Positions 12,550-26,357 of a DNA stretch of 64,000 nucleotides are shown piece by piece (the first letter of the stretch is position 1; each line of letters starts with the position of its first letter). Below the pieces are notes generated by a model, which ran no database searches, was not told where the DNA came from, and saw only the letters and a list, made by a program, of their open reading frames with translations. Source of the DNA: Eledone cirrhosa (lineage: Eukaryota); NCBI GenBank assembly GCA_964016885.1, contig OZ024755.1, positions 1-64,000 on the forward strand, written 5' to 3'. The translations under genes were made by a program, and so were the position numbers.

Positions 12550-14113
12550 AGGAGTCATTTTACAATAAATTTTCGCGCGTTTGTATCATCTGCAAGTCAG
12601 TTCGGTCTGTCATACGCAACTTCCAATTGGTCAGTTTGATGTATGTTGAAAGTAAAGGAGTGTTTGAATGTGATTGTGGTGGTGCTTGTATTGACACATT
12701 GTAGCAGAGGGGAGTATGAGGCTCTGGTGTGAGAGCATCTGTGTAGGCCCGCTTTAGTCTGTCAATAGAGTGTGTCTTTATGTCCATTAAAGTCAAAGGT
12801 GAAATGTTTATCTCTACGTGCAAGTACACGATAGGGTCCAGAATAAGGTGGAGTGAGAGGACTTCTCACTGCGTCATTTCTGACAAAAACATGGGTCCAC
12901 GAGGAAAGTCCCTCGGAACAGAAGATTTAAAGGTTTGTTGCCTAGTTTTCATATGAGGCAGGACTTGAAAATACGCACGCAAACGGGTCACATATAGTGT
13001 AGAGTCCTGAGTAGCATTAGATGCAGGGTGGTAACTGGTAGTCCTAATCAGCTATGGTCAAAATCCATGAGAAATCTCTACGTAAATCCAGGTCCAAAGA
13101 GCGAGAGATTTGTCCATACGTAGGGATAGCTGAATGATTTATAGCTTGTAGTGATATGTGTGAGAGAGGAGGTTTTTCTTTCAAGAGTGTTAACGGCCAA
13201 ATGCTGCAAGACGCACCCGTGTCGATGAGGCAGCGTGCGTGCGAGAAGGAATCCGTAATGAAAAATGCACGACTTTCAGTACTGAATTATGGAGAAGACG
13301 TCGTGCTTAATTCTCTGTTACTTCGTTGGAGATACATTTATGAGCAGAAGCTCCGAAACGGTTATGGTAAAAGCATGCTCGCGATGGTGAAGGTTAGAAA
13401 CGACGACGTGAATAATTCGAACCATTCCGCGACCGTTGTCGGGGAGATCTCGATCTGGATAAACGAAGAAGTTGTACCTCCTTCGTAAGGTCAAGGATGG
13501 CCTTTAGTGTTGCTTCGTTTATCGAAGTGGCGCTGGCCGAAACTGATGCGACAGGAAAAGGTGAAGCATTTGTTGCAAGTCGTGAAGGCGTAGTAGTGGT
13601 CGAATTGCCGGAGTACTCCAAAATGTTATCAGCATAAGAGCTGTGTAGGTGTATAGTCGCCAAGGTGTACATCAAAGACGTTCGTAAACTTTAACAAAAT
13701 AGTTGCGAACAAAACATTTAAAAATTATTTTTTAAAGTCCATAGTATCCTTGAAACAGTAAAGAGTGCGCTTATGTTGGCCAAAGTAAAAGCGCGAGAAT
13801 AAGTGATGAAGAAATAGGAGGTGAGTCGCCACATTGGACAAAAATGCCATGTGCAAACAAAATATTGTGTTATTGTAAACTCGACATTTTTTTATGTGTG
13901 TGAAGGATGTATTCTTTACAGCCATGTCACCATTTTTATAGATACGTCTTCACGCGTTAACTGTGTCGATCTGTCTGGCACCCGACGACTGTCTCGGGTT
14001 TTTAACAAGAGAGTGAGATTGCCCATGTATTCATACGCAACCTCCCATTGGTCAGTTTGACATTATTGCGTATGCAAATGTTGGTATTGCGAGGTGCGAC
14101 GTAGTTCCACTAC
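12550..14113 (-). mobile_element. Internally deleted Ty3/Gypsy LTR retrotransposon
   Basis: Gag end (ADNILE..RSRSPR..CFYHNRFGASAHKC), protease FFITD..LIDTGASCSI (13200-13275), integrase C-terminus HVFVRNDAVRSPLTPPYSGPYRV..SIDRLKRAY (12740-12900), PBS-like TGGCGAC near 13825-13831, diverged LTR similarity 12555-12645 vs 13925-14065. Confidence 0.85.
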
Positions 14114-14164
14114 GACGATATTATATATAAACTGCATTAGAACAACTACATTTTTTTCGAAACA

Positions 14165-14680
14165 TTTACCTTCACCAGTTGGATACGTGACATTGCCACT
14201 CAAACTGCCTTAAATACGACTGAAATATTGGTCGGCTGGTACCATTGATGCGTTTTAGTTTCTTGTTGGCATCAGACCACACCCCCCTCAATATTTTGCG
14301 TGTATGTACTTGATATGGGATCAACGAAATGCTTTTTGAACGATTGACAGTGAGATGTGTATAACGACCAGGCAAATTTGGCATACCCGCCACTCATCTG
14401 TATGGATCATAGATCCATTTGCACAGTGCCTTTCAATGAGAGGCAGCAGTCTCAGCAGCCTGATCAGGGATTTCATGGAGAAAAATATTGCGGGAATTAT
14501 TAGTATCAATTGCGCCAATGACACAATGTCCTTCATGCCAGAGCCCACGAGCATATTTACGATGAAAATATTTGCTCTCCTCAATTTGTACAGTTATTCG
14601 TATTCCGTTAGAATCAAGACCACCGAGTATCGCCAGATTTTGCTCAACCCATTCACTACATACATCACGCATACAATTGC
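14165..14680 (-). mobile_element. Merlin/IS1595-like transposase remnant
   Basis: Across frameshifts: VQIEESKYFHRKYARG, AETLLPLIERHCANGSMIHTDEWR, YTHLTVN, HTQNIEGVW, SYLRQFEW. Confidence 0.85.
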
Positions 14681-15699
14681 ACAGGTAAAAAAATATATTG
14701 TTTAAAGAATTTTTTTTTCTGTTAAAAACTGTAAATCTGTTAAAAAAAAAATGTATTTCGCAGCAATATTTTTTCTGTTAAAAACTGTAAATAAATATTC
14801 ATGTAAAAATGAAGCATAGTTTTTCTGTGAAAAACTGTAAATAAATATTTATTTTGTTAAAAAATTAAATCAAAAATCTAATTTTCTCTGTTAATATTTT
14901 AATAAATATTTATTCTAAAAATTCAATGTTTTTTCGTGTAAAATTAACATGTAAAAATCAAGCAGCAGCAGCTGATGACGTGTCGTGTAGTGCGTGGAGC
15001 TAATAACTGAATGTCGATGATAATTTAAGACACTAAAACCAAGTATTGCCCCAACCATAACCGTAAATATATTACATTTGTTTTAATCTTTAGTCACTTT
15101 ACGGATATAAACGACGGGTGTAACTTTGGTTGGGGTTCACCGGGTGAAATTAATTCTGCACCCCTCTCAGGCACGCGCTAGCTCGTATCTAAAAAAAAAC
15201 TCGTATGTCGGTTCACTCGTATCTCAAGGTATCACTGTATTTAAAACATATTTGTTATTCTACTGTAAATTTATTTATATGCTCTGTTTATATTTTCATT
15301 CTGAAAGAATTGCAAACGATTTCTAATGTTATTTATACAACTGTGAATAAAAGAAATTTGATAGTTTGTTATCAACTAAATACATTTGGAACAATTATTT
15401 ACATCTTACAATTTGAAATGTTATTATATATTAAATAAAGTACCAGTAATACACTGAATATTTGCCGGCCTTGTGCCAAAAGTAGAAACAATTATTATAT
15501 ATTAAATAACGTTACAAATGGGAGTGAAAATATAAACACATATGATATATACAAAGCATATAAATAAATTTACAGTAGAATAACATAAATATGTTTTAAA
15601 TATATACATAACACTACAAATGCTTAAGTAACATTATAAATTGAAGGGGTGCAAAACGGAGCCAACACCAGAGCAAAAGACAGCAGCCAAGGGTACTGG

Positions 15700-15830
15700 G
15701 CAACCTCTCTAAAAAAATTTGAGGCAAGCCAGCACACTGGCAGTGTTAGCTCGAGTGATGGCGAGGCTGAGGTGCTGGAAGAAACAAGCGCCCTCGCCAG
15801 TTACCTCTATTAGGCGAGCCGCCAGTGAAG
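15700..15830 (-). mobile_element. CRE-clade 3'-terminal fragment
   Basis: Matches the FQHLSLAITR.N.ASVLAC end of the 19991-20410 and 29245-29375 copies. Confidence 0.65.
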
Positions 15831-16889
15831 AGAGGAACCTCGCAGTCAGCGGCCCGACTCTGTGGAGATGGTGACACCACATCTTGTGACACGTTCTCCG
15901 CCAGCCTCACAAAAAAAAAAAAAAAATAACGGAAAATAAACAAATACGAGGGAAGGTCACCACCGCCGACACCTCACTCGTACTTCGACCCCGTACAGCC
16001 GAGCTCCAAAACAACGTCGGAACGTTGTTGGCTGGCTGTTGCAGCGGGTGTCGCTGGCCATTGTCCGAGAGGCACGGCTCTTAGGCCTTTACGCCCGAAG
16101 CCCCATCATCCTCTCCCTTCACCTCTACCCTCTCTTTTGCGACACTAGTTTTTCCTACCACCCTCCTCTTCCCGTTTCTTAATTTTTGCAGTTGTAGTAT
16201 GTATGTGAGTGTGTGTAACATCACCACCATACCATCAACATAAACACCACCACCACCAAAACTACCATCATGGTGGTGTTGTTGTTGTTGAAAATTGCCG
16301 ATGGTGTCGGAAAATATATGCATCTGTGTACACGTCTCACCACGGTTGTGTATTTTCTTTCGTATCGTTTATTTATTTCATCAAGGCTAAGTCATGTCGG
16401 CTTGAGTAAATGGAGGGTGGGTGCAGGTTCGTTTCAAAAAGTCTGTTAAACAGTAATAACAATGATAAAACATTTCTGACCTGCCTGACCTTAAAAACAA
16501 CTTAAATTGGCGCCATAAGGCTAGAGGGTTGAAAATTAAAATGTAGGATCGAACCTAATGCTAATCAGATAGGAAACTATTGCAAAACATGTTATAGGTT
16601 TAGGTTATCTAGGTAAGAGAATATGTATTATATATACATCATACCACGTGGACCATACCGCACCGGAGTACTCGATATTTACGGTCGTATAGAGGGTCAT
16701 AAGGAACAGAGTCAAGACCCCGACGGCTGAGTTCCGGCTGTTTAGACACCTACAACCGAACGGAGCAACGTGTGACACAAACAACCCTGGCCAGACGACC
16801 CGTCCAACCCATGCAAGCATAGTGTAGAAACAGGTCATAATTACATGTTAAATGTTTCATATGTTTATCTTTTCAGGTATAGAAATGGC

Positions 16890-17260
16890 ATTCACTCAAA
16901 GTGATGAGGCCACATTTCATAGGAATGGCAAGTCACCGGCCATGTTTATCTGCAAATGCTTCAGAACTGGCTAATGGATCAGCTCATTGCAAATGAACAT
17001 GAAGACTTCATTTTTCAACAGGACGTGGCTCCACCTCACTGGAAGCTCACTGTGCAGGCTTATCTCAATGACAATCTGCGAGGGATATGGATCGGGCATG
17101 CTGGTGATGAAGACAATGTGCTGTTGAAATGGCCGCCATGCTCACCTCACCTGACACCTTGCGATTTTTTTCTATGGGGCTGGTCTATGTCCTCCCTCTT
17201 CCTGCAAACGGGAGATGGAGCTCAAACAGAGAATCAATACCGCACTGGAGACTGTTACCC
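16890..17260 (+). mobile_element. Tc1/mariner-superfamily transposase fragment (rosa/DD41D-like)
   Basis: SDEATFH, YLQML, FQQDVAPPH, WIG, WPPCSPHLTPCDFFLWG; 46 residues between the 2nd and 3rd catalytic D in this copy. Confidence 0.8.
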
Positions 17261-17889
17261 AATACATAGAAAGCTTACCAAAGAAGGTGTTTGAGGACCC
17301 TTCAGTTGTGTTAAGGATATGACAACCTCCATAGTCTTAGGATCTACATAAATGCTCCTAGTGTATGATGTTAAGTTGTTGGTGATAGGAAGGGAACCCA
17401 GCCACAGAAAATTTGCCAAACAAAAAGATGGGAGGACCGTTCAGTTGTGTTGAAGACATGACAACATCTGAAGTAATGGTGCCACAATACAATACACTCA
17501 GGAGAATGTGGGACAGTATGTAAACGAGATGTGGACCCTGACTCCACTCTGGTTTGTGAAGACCTGACCAATCCTTGCTAGCAGGGAAAGTGGGTGTTAA
17601 ATGATGATGATGAGCTGTGACGTTACTGGTAACAAGCTGTTTCAGACTTTACATTGCACGATGTATATAGTGTGTGTATATAGATATATATATGGCGGGT
17701 AAAATTCTTGAGATCCATATATATATACAAATATATATATATATACAAACAATGAATCAAAACATCAAATATGTTTAGGATTTTTTGTTTCTCAATAAGG
17801 AAGCTCAATAGACAATATCTAGAGCCATAATAACCAAATGAAGAAGATATATATATATATAGACACATTTATCTGTATATATATAACAT

Positions 17890-18430
17890 TATGTGTGTGT
17901 GTATTACCTATAGGGGCCTACATCTTACGACCGATTTTCGTGAAACTTTACAGGCTCATAGATTAGTCATCGGGGAGTGTTTTCTATATATCAGCGTATC
18001 GTTTTTTTTTCATTCCGGGGTCATTCTGCAGATAAAAATCTATAGGGGGGGGGGGGGGGGTCACCTTTTTTTTAGGTATCGAAAAATACGATTTTTGGCT
18101 CTAACTCCCACATTTTGCCACCGATTTCGTTCAAATTTTAAAGCAAAATAGAATTTATCATTGCACATCCTGTAATGGCTTTATATTTTGCATTTGTTGT
18201 TCAGGGACGGCGTGTCAGCCACTTAAATATTAAAATATACCACTTTTAGACTCAAATTTCCACTTTTTCGGCTCTAGCTACCACATTAATCAACCTACTT
18301 TGTTCAAATTTTACACTACGCTAGATCTGATTATTTCACGTCTTAAAGTGGCTTTACATTTTGGATATTTTCTTCGGGAACGGCGTGGCAGCCGCTTAAA
18401 TATTCGAAAATACCACCTTTTCGCCTCAGG
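17890..18430. mobile_element. Probable non-autonomous rolling-circle/DNA element fragment
   Basis: (GT)n start, ccgattttcgtgaaacttt motif and a ~180 bp internal direct repeat (18090-18250 vs 18262-18422). Confidence 0.4.
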
Positions 18431-18593
18431 AGGTTAGCCGAAGATGACCTGGTGGAACACATTCCAAAATGACCCACAAACTGTCAACATCAGCTGGCAT
18501 GGATGTCAACAAGCTGTCACGAAATGAAATCACTGGTCATATATTCCGGATGAAACAATCTGCACTAAGAACTAAAGAGCAATACATACCATG

Positions 18594-18642
<49 letters not shown>

Positions 18643-19990
18643 GTACACAGAATATATATAGACTATATGTTGTTGTCCAAAGGAAAGTCAAAGGCCGATA
18701 TAACTTGGAACAAGAGTTGTCACAACTAATTTTTTTTTACAGCTGATTGGACTGAAGCAACATGAAATATATTGTCTTATTGTACAACACATGCTGACAG
18801 CCCAGGAATTGAACTCACAAATCTATCATTGAGTCCAAGATCCTAACCAATACTCTATTACCTTTTACTCATGACTTCAAGGGACCTTGTGAAAACAAAG
18901 GCAATAATACACCACTGAAATGATCAATCTATCAAATAAAATGACCATTTACTGTCCACTATCACTAAAACGTAGGAAGACATGTAGCTTAGTGGTAAGA
19001 GTTGGATTGACAACCATGAGGTTCTGAGTTAAGTCCTTCAGCAAGACACTTTATTTCACCTTGCTCTATCTGCCAGGAGTTTATATCATCAATTGGAAAG
19101 ACCAATGGAAATATTTTCTTTGGTCCAATCTGATGAGTTCCACTCCGCTTGGTAAGTAAGGTCTGAGATGTTGAGATTTGTTACAAAAAAAAAAAAGAAA
19201 TCACTAAAATCAAGATTCTGGGTTGGTATAACTAACTGGTTTAGATGTGTGTCTGTTGTGTGGGATGGGGTTGTATTGTGGTGTATGCAGAGTGATGTGG
19301 GCGTGAAGTGTATAGAGGAAATGTACACCACAATAGGACCTAGAAGGGGTGTGTGAGGAGTCTACCCTTTACAACCCTCTCAGAAATAAATGGGTGAAGA
19401 AAAAGAAAAGAAAGTTGTAAAGTATTTTCAAATGTGATTTAAAAAAAATTTAAATCATAATTTGAACTGTCATGAAAGTACCATCCAACAAATATTAAAG
19501 TTATAAAATTGTTTTTATTTACACGTGTGGATATTTTTTCAGAAATGTAAATCAGTTAGTTTATAAAATAAACACATATAAACACATCGATCATTTTTTT
19601 TTTTATGATGTAGTCATAAGGGTGCCACTGTGGGCATTTGAAGCTTGGTGGAGCCCTTCACTGATCAGGTTTCAACAGTTGATTTCTTCCAGACAAGGAG
19701 AGAGAAAGAAATAGAGAACAACCCCCTCACAGACATACATTTACACAAACACACTCATGATATTGTTCAGTGAATTAAAAATGGGAGGGTAAAACAAGTA
19801 TAACGTTTTATTTATTTATATAATTAGAAGGAAAACACAAACAAATATAATATATACGAAGGAAAGGAAAAAAAAGAAAGAAAAATACACAAGCAGGTAA
19901 TACCCACATCTTAGACCATAGAACAATATGCAGACGAAAGAATGGAAAACGTGCCGCTACCAATATAGAGAGGAGCACTGGGAAACCTCT

Positions 19991-20410
19991 CTAATAATAT
20001 TTGTGGCAGGCCAGCACGCTCGCAGCGTTACCTGGAGTAATGGCGAGGCTGAGGTGCTGGAATAACCAAGTGCCCTCACGAGAATCACCAGTTACCTCTG
20101 TTTGGTGAGCCACCAGTGAAGATAAGAAGCTCACTGTCAGTAGCCCGACTCCCCCAGGCTGGATATTGTAGTTAGCTGACAGAACACGATATTTTAGGAT
20201 TTTGTTCCATTCAGCTGCGGATGCTGTAGCTCTCGCCCTTACCGCTGCATCCAGAATGTGGGAAGAAGCAAAAGAATCACTAACTGTGACGTCCCAGGTA
20301 AGGCACCTGCCTCTTGACCAGGAGCACAGAGTAAGACCGTGAAGTCTTTTCCCATCAATTCTGGACAACCCAGACGGTTTCAAAATTGAGGGGATGTATG
20401 CCCGGGCCAA
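19991..20410 (-). mobile_element. CRE-clade restriction-like endonuclease C-terminus
   Basis: PSGLSRIDGKR..GLTLCSWSRGRCLTWDVTVSDS..AAEWNKILKY..EVTGDSREGTWLFQHLSLAITPGNAASVLAC. Confidence 0.85.
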
Positions 20411-20574
20411 AGCTCATGAGTGGTAATAGGACAGTGTGTGTATGTGAACGTGCGAGTTTGTCGGCGTTCTTAAATTAGAGACGTGTGTGTGTGTCACTGT
20501 TTTTAAGTTAGACATATGTGTGTATCCCTTTCCTTCCTTTTACACACACATACACATTGTGTGATGGACGGGTG

Positions 20575-21240
20575 GACAGAAGTCCCTCAAATTTATATAG
20601 ATGTGAATGAAGTTCTACTGAAGCAGGTAGAGAGGTTCAAGTATCTTGGAGCTGTGTTCATGAGTGATGGAATGCAGGATGCTAAATTAAGTGCAAGAAC
20701 TGCAAAAGCTGATGCAGTAATGCCTCAGCATTCAGCAATCAGAAGAAAGGGGGTAGGTGTAAAAGCCAAACTCGATGTCTTCCTGGCACTCCTGCCAACT
20801 CTTACCGAGGATCATGAATCTGGAGTAATGACCAAAAGAATACAATTGCAAATAAATGTGGCAGAAATGGGATTCCTCCGAAGGTTCTTTGGAGTAACGT
20901 TACTCGATAAAGTGCATAACCCAGAGAACAGAGTCACTCCTGGTAGAGCTACTAATTCTCTGAATTGAGAGATCCCAACTCTGATATTATGAGTATGTGG
21001 TTAGAATGTCTCAGTAAAGAATCGCTGGACACATTTTTACAGGCAAAACCAACCGTCAAGAGACTCAGAGGTAGACCCTGAGCAAGATAGTTGGATAACA
21101 TCCATGAGCTTAGCTGGTCACGCTTTGGGATCCAGCTGCATCAGTTAGAGATGTTTGCTACTGACAGACTCGCTGGAAGAGTGTTTGAGAAGGACTCTGC
21201 CCCCACGACCCTATCAGAAATAAGTGGGCGAAGAAAAAGA
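20575..21240 (+). mobile_element. RTE (Expander/Rex3-like) LINE 3' fragment
   Basis: LKQVERFKYLG, PTLT..HES.VMT, AEMGFLRR..GVTLLDKV, RGRP..W.DNI; the 3' end recurs at 57125-57320. Confidence 0.85.
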
Positions 21241-21961
21241 TATTGTCAATTTACTTTTCAATTTACATATATATATATTTGCTTATATATATTTACATAT
21301 ATATATATATTTGCACACTACACATGCTAGCAGATATATCGATATATAAAAAACAGAAACAATAACAAATATATATACTCTTAAAAATAAAATTAAAATT
21401 AAATTACTTAATTAGCTTTCTATATCCTGTTACGACAAACACGTGTCTCGTCGGAAATATCTAAGAGACCTAAAATAAATCCCGTAAACGAGAAAATTGT
21501 AAAATTATCACGTCTAAATATATGTACTTACCTTTTACAGGTGTTGTTGATGAAGGTGAGTTCACTCCGGTAAAAATACAAGATTTGTGTCGATTAGAAT
21601 TTTACTTTGGCAGAGAGAAAGGAATGCAGTCTGTGTATCTAAGTAATACATATATTTATGTCTCTCTCTCATATATATGAGAGATACCCTAACCCTACTC
21701 AGGTAAATAACTACAAATGGAAATTCTATAAAAAAAATTATAATTTCAAGGGAGATAACTATATTTTACCATTTGGTTCTCTCCCTTTGTGAGTGTGTTT
21801 TATTTACGTATTCAGACAGTCAGCCATACAGACACATAATATGAGTGCGCGACGTTGTATCTATTTATCTATCTAATTACTTGTCAGTTAAAACATTGCC
21901 TTTCTTTTCATATATTAGAGAGAGCCGCAATGTTGAATTTCTTTACCTTATGTAAGTGTAT

Positions 21962-22001
<40 letters not shown>

Positions 22002-22074
22002 ATGTATGGAAGAGAGAGACAGAGAGAGAATGGTTGCTGTTATATATATACATTTCTGTCTCTATCTTTATATA

Positions 22075-22470
22075 TATAAAGAATAATTGTTTCTACTTTT
22101 GGCACAAGGCCAGCAATTATCCCAGTGTATTACTTGTACTTTATTTTATCGATCCTGTAAGGATGAAAGGCAAAGTTAACCTCGGCGGCATTTGAACTCA
22201 GATCATAAAGGGAGGTAACTCTATGCTTCAAATCATGGCGTTCGACCCTCTACCGATACTGCCAATCCACATATATAAAGAATAATTGTTTCTACTTTAG
22301 GCACAAGGTCAGCAATTACCCAGTGCATTACTGGTACTTTATTTTATCGACCCCGTAAGGATGAAAGGCAAAGTCAACCTCGGCGGGATTTGAACTCAGA
22401 TCGTAAAGGGACGTAACTATGCTGGAAAGCATGGCGTCCGACCCTCTACCGATACTGCCAATCCATATAT
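22075..22470 (-). mobile_element. Two tandem copies (~199 bp) of a tRNA-derived SINE
   Basis: Minus: tggcagtatcggtagagg A box, gagttcaaatccc B box, gcctttcatccttacggggtcgataaaataaagtaccagt body. Confidence 0.85.
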
Positions 22471-23040
22471 AAAGAATTTCAACCGACAGCGATTCATCCC
22501 GAGAGTGTGGGGGCTCTAGAATCAGGAATCTTAAAAATTTCTGAAGAAGAGTCTTTATGGAAAAACGATATCTATATAACAACCCCACCGTAAAACTACT
22601 CTTCCCCACTTTACAAACACTTTATATTATTTGTCATTAAGGTTTCTTAAAATAAATATATATACGTATGTGTAGTAATTAGTACGGGGGGCTAAGAGAA
22701 GGGACGAGTGTGTCTTGATAGAGGGCACATGGGACCAGCAAAGTCCGAAAAGTAGAGACCAGTAAATGAGATAAGGTCCTAGCTATGTTAAGAATATAAA
22801 TAAGAAACATGTTCTATACATTTAAGAAATAATTATTTACCTCTTTCATGTCGGTAATATAGCGGTGTTATAAAACTAATTATAACGACCGGTGTTAAAA
22901 TAGAGAGAGATAGACAGATAAATGTGTGTCACACTCTCACCCTCTCTTTAAATCTTTTACACTATCTAACTCGTCCTTCTCCCACTCTCTTTACATCTTT
23001 TACTCTATCTCCCTCTTATTTCTATCTGTGTATGTATAAT

Positions 23041-23300
23041 AATAATAATAATAATGAAATTATTGTGTACAGTGCTCAGGTGCACTACAACTCATCAAAG
23101 GTGCATGTATAGTACATAGAATAATGTACAAATGTCAGGAAAATGAACAGTGTACGAGTCATGATATAATAATAATAACAATAATGAAATATTGTGTACA
23201 GTGCCCAGGTGCACCACAACTCATCAAAAAAGTGCATGTACAGTACATAGGGCAATGCACAAACATCAGTAAAATGAACAGTGCACGAGTCATGATACAC
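23041..23300. repeat. ~130 bp direct duplication with (AAT)n (SINE-tail-like)
   Basis: 23041-23166 closely resembles 23168-23297. Confidence 0.75.
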
Positions 23301-24443
23301 ACATGTGTATGTATCTGTCTATGTGCAACTAGGTGTACTGGAGCAATATGAAATGAAGTGTCTTGCTCAAGAACACATTTTGTGGAGTTATATCATCGTT
23401 TCTTGTTATAAAGCTACTTATACTACCGGCGTAACAGTCGCTATAGGTGATAGATGTAGAAATAAAAGGCTGTAACAGCGATATAAATATAGATGAAATA
23501 GTTTACCACGAGACCAAGAATGAATGTTTAATGGAATTAAGTGTAATCTAATAGGAAATAAGAGGCTAGAGCAGCGAAATGTTTACGTAAAATAAAAGAA
23601 CAAACAAAAGTGCAACATGGAAATTTTTGTTTTTTTTGTCGATATAAGCGTCATTTTATGCGCGATTTGCCTTGCTGCCGGCGTTGCTCAGTCAGTAGCA
23701 GCCCCGCTTACGAACTTCAGGAGTCAACGACTTTACATGGTTCGAATCTCACCCTCTCCGCTCTTGTCGAGTTATCTCCTACTCTTTTTACTTAATTCCA
23801 GGTCATTGAAAAAGAGCAAAGAGGGCGCGGCGATCGGCATATGCACTGGCTACAATGTTGAACTTTGGTACTGACTGCGTAGTTGAACGTTCCATATACC
23901 AACCGCCCAACAGGCCAGTCAACCGCAAATACGGCTGGCTGGCCGGTTGGGTAGTTGGCATATGTACTGGCTACCATGCTGAACATTGGTGCCGACTGTC
24001 AAGTTGAACGTTCTAACCCTCTCTTTACATCTATTACTCTATCTACCGCTTATTTCTCCCTCTCTCTTTACTTCTATAACTCTATCTCCCACTCTCTTTA
24101 CATCTATTACAGTGTCTCCCTGTATATATACACGTATATATGCACTAGATTTTATAAGAAATCTACGTAATAATATAATTAACAATAGTTGATGAATTAG
24201 ACCAGAGTTAATTAAACAATAAATATGAATGAAATGGCAGTAGATGGCGAAACTTGAGTGTTGTGTGTGCATGAGGTAAACTGATTCAAATACTGTCAGG
24301 ATTATATTGGATCAAAGACTGTATTAAATAGAAAGTAAAAAATGAAGTGAAAATATAAAAACAAACTGAAAATTTCCCCATCCCTAGAAAAATTCATATC
24401 TTGTTATATATAGATAATTGGCGCTTTAAATTGAATAAATATC

Positions 24444-24489
<46 letters not shown>

Positions 24490-24600
24490 TGATATATATG
24501 TGTGTATATATATATGTGTATATATATGTACATATATGTATGTGTATATGTGTACATATGTATGTGTATATATATACTAATATATATATATATATATATA

Positions 24601-24985
24601 TCAACTTCATCATACGTCCGCTTTTCCATGCTTGCAAGGGTGGGATGGGAGCTGATTCTGGATTGGTTTCTACAGCTGGGTGCCCTTCCTGACGCCAATC
24701 CCGTTTGCAGTGACTGGTGGGTGCTTTTTTTTCCGTGGCACCTCCACGTCAGCTTTACAGTGTGGGCTGGGTGCTTTTTTGCCGTGGCGCCTCCGCGTCC
24801 ACTTTGCGGTGGGGTGGTATGTGTATACCCAGCCCATTGTGATTTCCCAACCAGAAAAGCTTATAGCATCGTTCTTTACCCACGATGAATCTAGCAGACC
24901 CACGCCTCCACCTGGTCTCTTGAATACAAAAAACATCGACCTCCTTACGTTCAAGCATTTCTACAACCTCGTTAGAGCGACCCTG
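24601..24985 (-). mobile_element. Internally deleted RTE LINE, copy 2
   Basis: [47 protein letters not shown] fused to RTE 3' tail. Confidence 0.8.
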
Positions 24986-25012
24986 ATGTTTTGGATTGCG
25001 GGTGAATTTGTC

Positions 25013-25071
<59 letters not shown>

Positions 25072-25123
25072 GTAAGTATGTATGTATACGTACATACATA
25101 TATGTATACAGACGTACAGTAGC

Positions 25124-25174
<51 letters not shown>

Positions 25175-25328
25175 CATGCAGGTACACATACATATATGCA
25201 CGCATCAGTTTAGCAGACGCTTATTATAGCGCTTGCTTTGTTCGTTTGTCAACAAACTGAACAGCCTGAATTTATGCCATACGGTGTTAAGGCAACCACG
25301 TCACCTTTTTGTTCAACACTGACACAGG

Positions 25329-25373
25329 AACGATGTACTAGTTTCAAGCTTGTTAGCTATCATCAGCACCGTT
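25329..25373 (-). ncRNA. Type I hammerhead ribozyme, copy 1
   Basis: AACGGUG CUGAUGA U AGCU AACA AGCU U GAAA CUAG UA^CAUCGUU; extended helix I spans 25311-25397. Confidence 0.85.
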
Positions 25374-25614
25374 TACCCATCTGCCAGATAGTTGAACGTT
25401 CGAAAGTACATACTTTCCTTATGAAAAATTAACGGCTGAGCAGCCTAATTTGCATATTGAGTGAGTTAAATCGGTCAGGCATACCGAAAACGATAAGTTG
25501 AAAAAAATGAAAACGAAAAACGAAATTTCATTTCTCACTCTTAGTATGGCACTTACTTAAATGTAAGTATGTATGTATACGTACATACATATATGTATAC
25601 AGACGTACAGTAGC

Positions 25615-25671
<57 letters not shown>

Positions 25672-25825
25672 CATGCAGGTACACATACATATATGCACGC
25701 ATCAGTTTAGCAGACGCTTATTATAGCGCTTGCTTTGTTCGTTTGTCAACAAACTGAACAGCCTGAATTTATGCCATACGGTGTTAAGGCAACCACGTCA
25801 CCTTTTTGTTCAACACTGACACAGG

Positions 25826-25870
25826 AACGATGTACTAGTTTCAAGCTTGTTAGCTATCATCAGCACCGTT
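25826..25870 (-). ncRNA. Type I hammerhead ribozyme, copy 2
   Basis: Identical to copy 1. Confidence 0.85.
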
Positions 25871-26111
25871 TACCCATCTGCCAGATAGTTGAACGTTCGA
25901 AAGTATATACTTTCCTTATGAAAAATTAACGGCTGAGCAGCCTAATTTGCATATTGAGTGAGTTAAATCGGTCAGGCATACCGAAAACGATAAGTTGAAA
26001 AAAATGAAAACGAAAAACGAAATTTCATTTCTCACTCTTAGTATGGCACTTACTTAAATGTAAGTATGTATGTATACGTACATACATATATGTATACAGA
26101 CGTACAGTAGC

Positions 26112-26158
<47 letters not shown>

Positions 26159-26312
26159 CATGCAGGTACACATACATATATGCACGCATCAGTTTAGCAG
26201 ACGCTTATTATAGCGCTTGCTTTGTTCGTTTGTCAACAAACTGAACAGCCTGAATTTATGCCATACGGTGTTAAGGCAACCACGTCACCTTTTTGTTCAA
26301 CACTGACACAGG

Positions 26313-26357
26313 AACGATGTACTAGTTTCAAGCTTGTTAGCTATCATCAGCACCGTT
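26313..26357 (-). ncRNA. Type I hammerhead ribozyme, copy 3
   Basis: Identical to copy 1. Confidence 0.85.

Noticed and set aside
19077-19151. Plus-strand AG..GTAAGT bounded exon-like segment
   Set aside because: Acceptor derives from a SINE, no recognisable protein and no partner exons.
21420-21520. Possible hammerhead on minus (GAGACACGTGTT, CCGACGA)
   Set aside because: Core too degenerate and helices inconsistent; at best a heavily decayed remnant.
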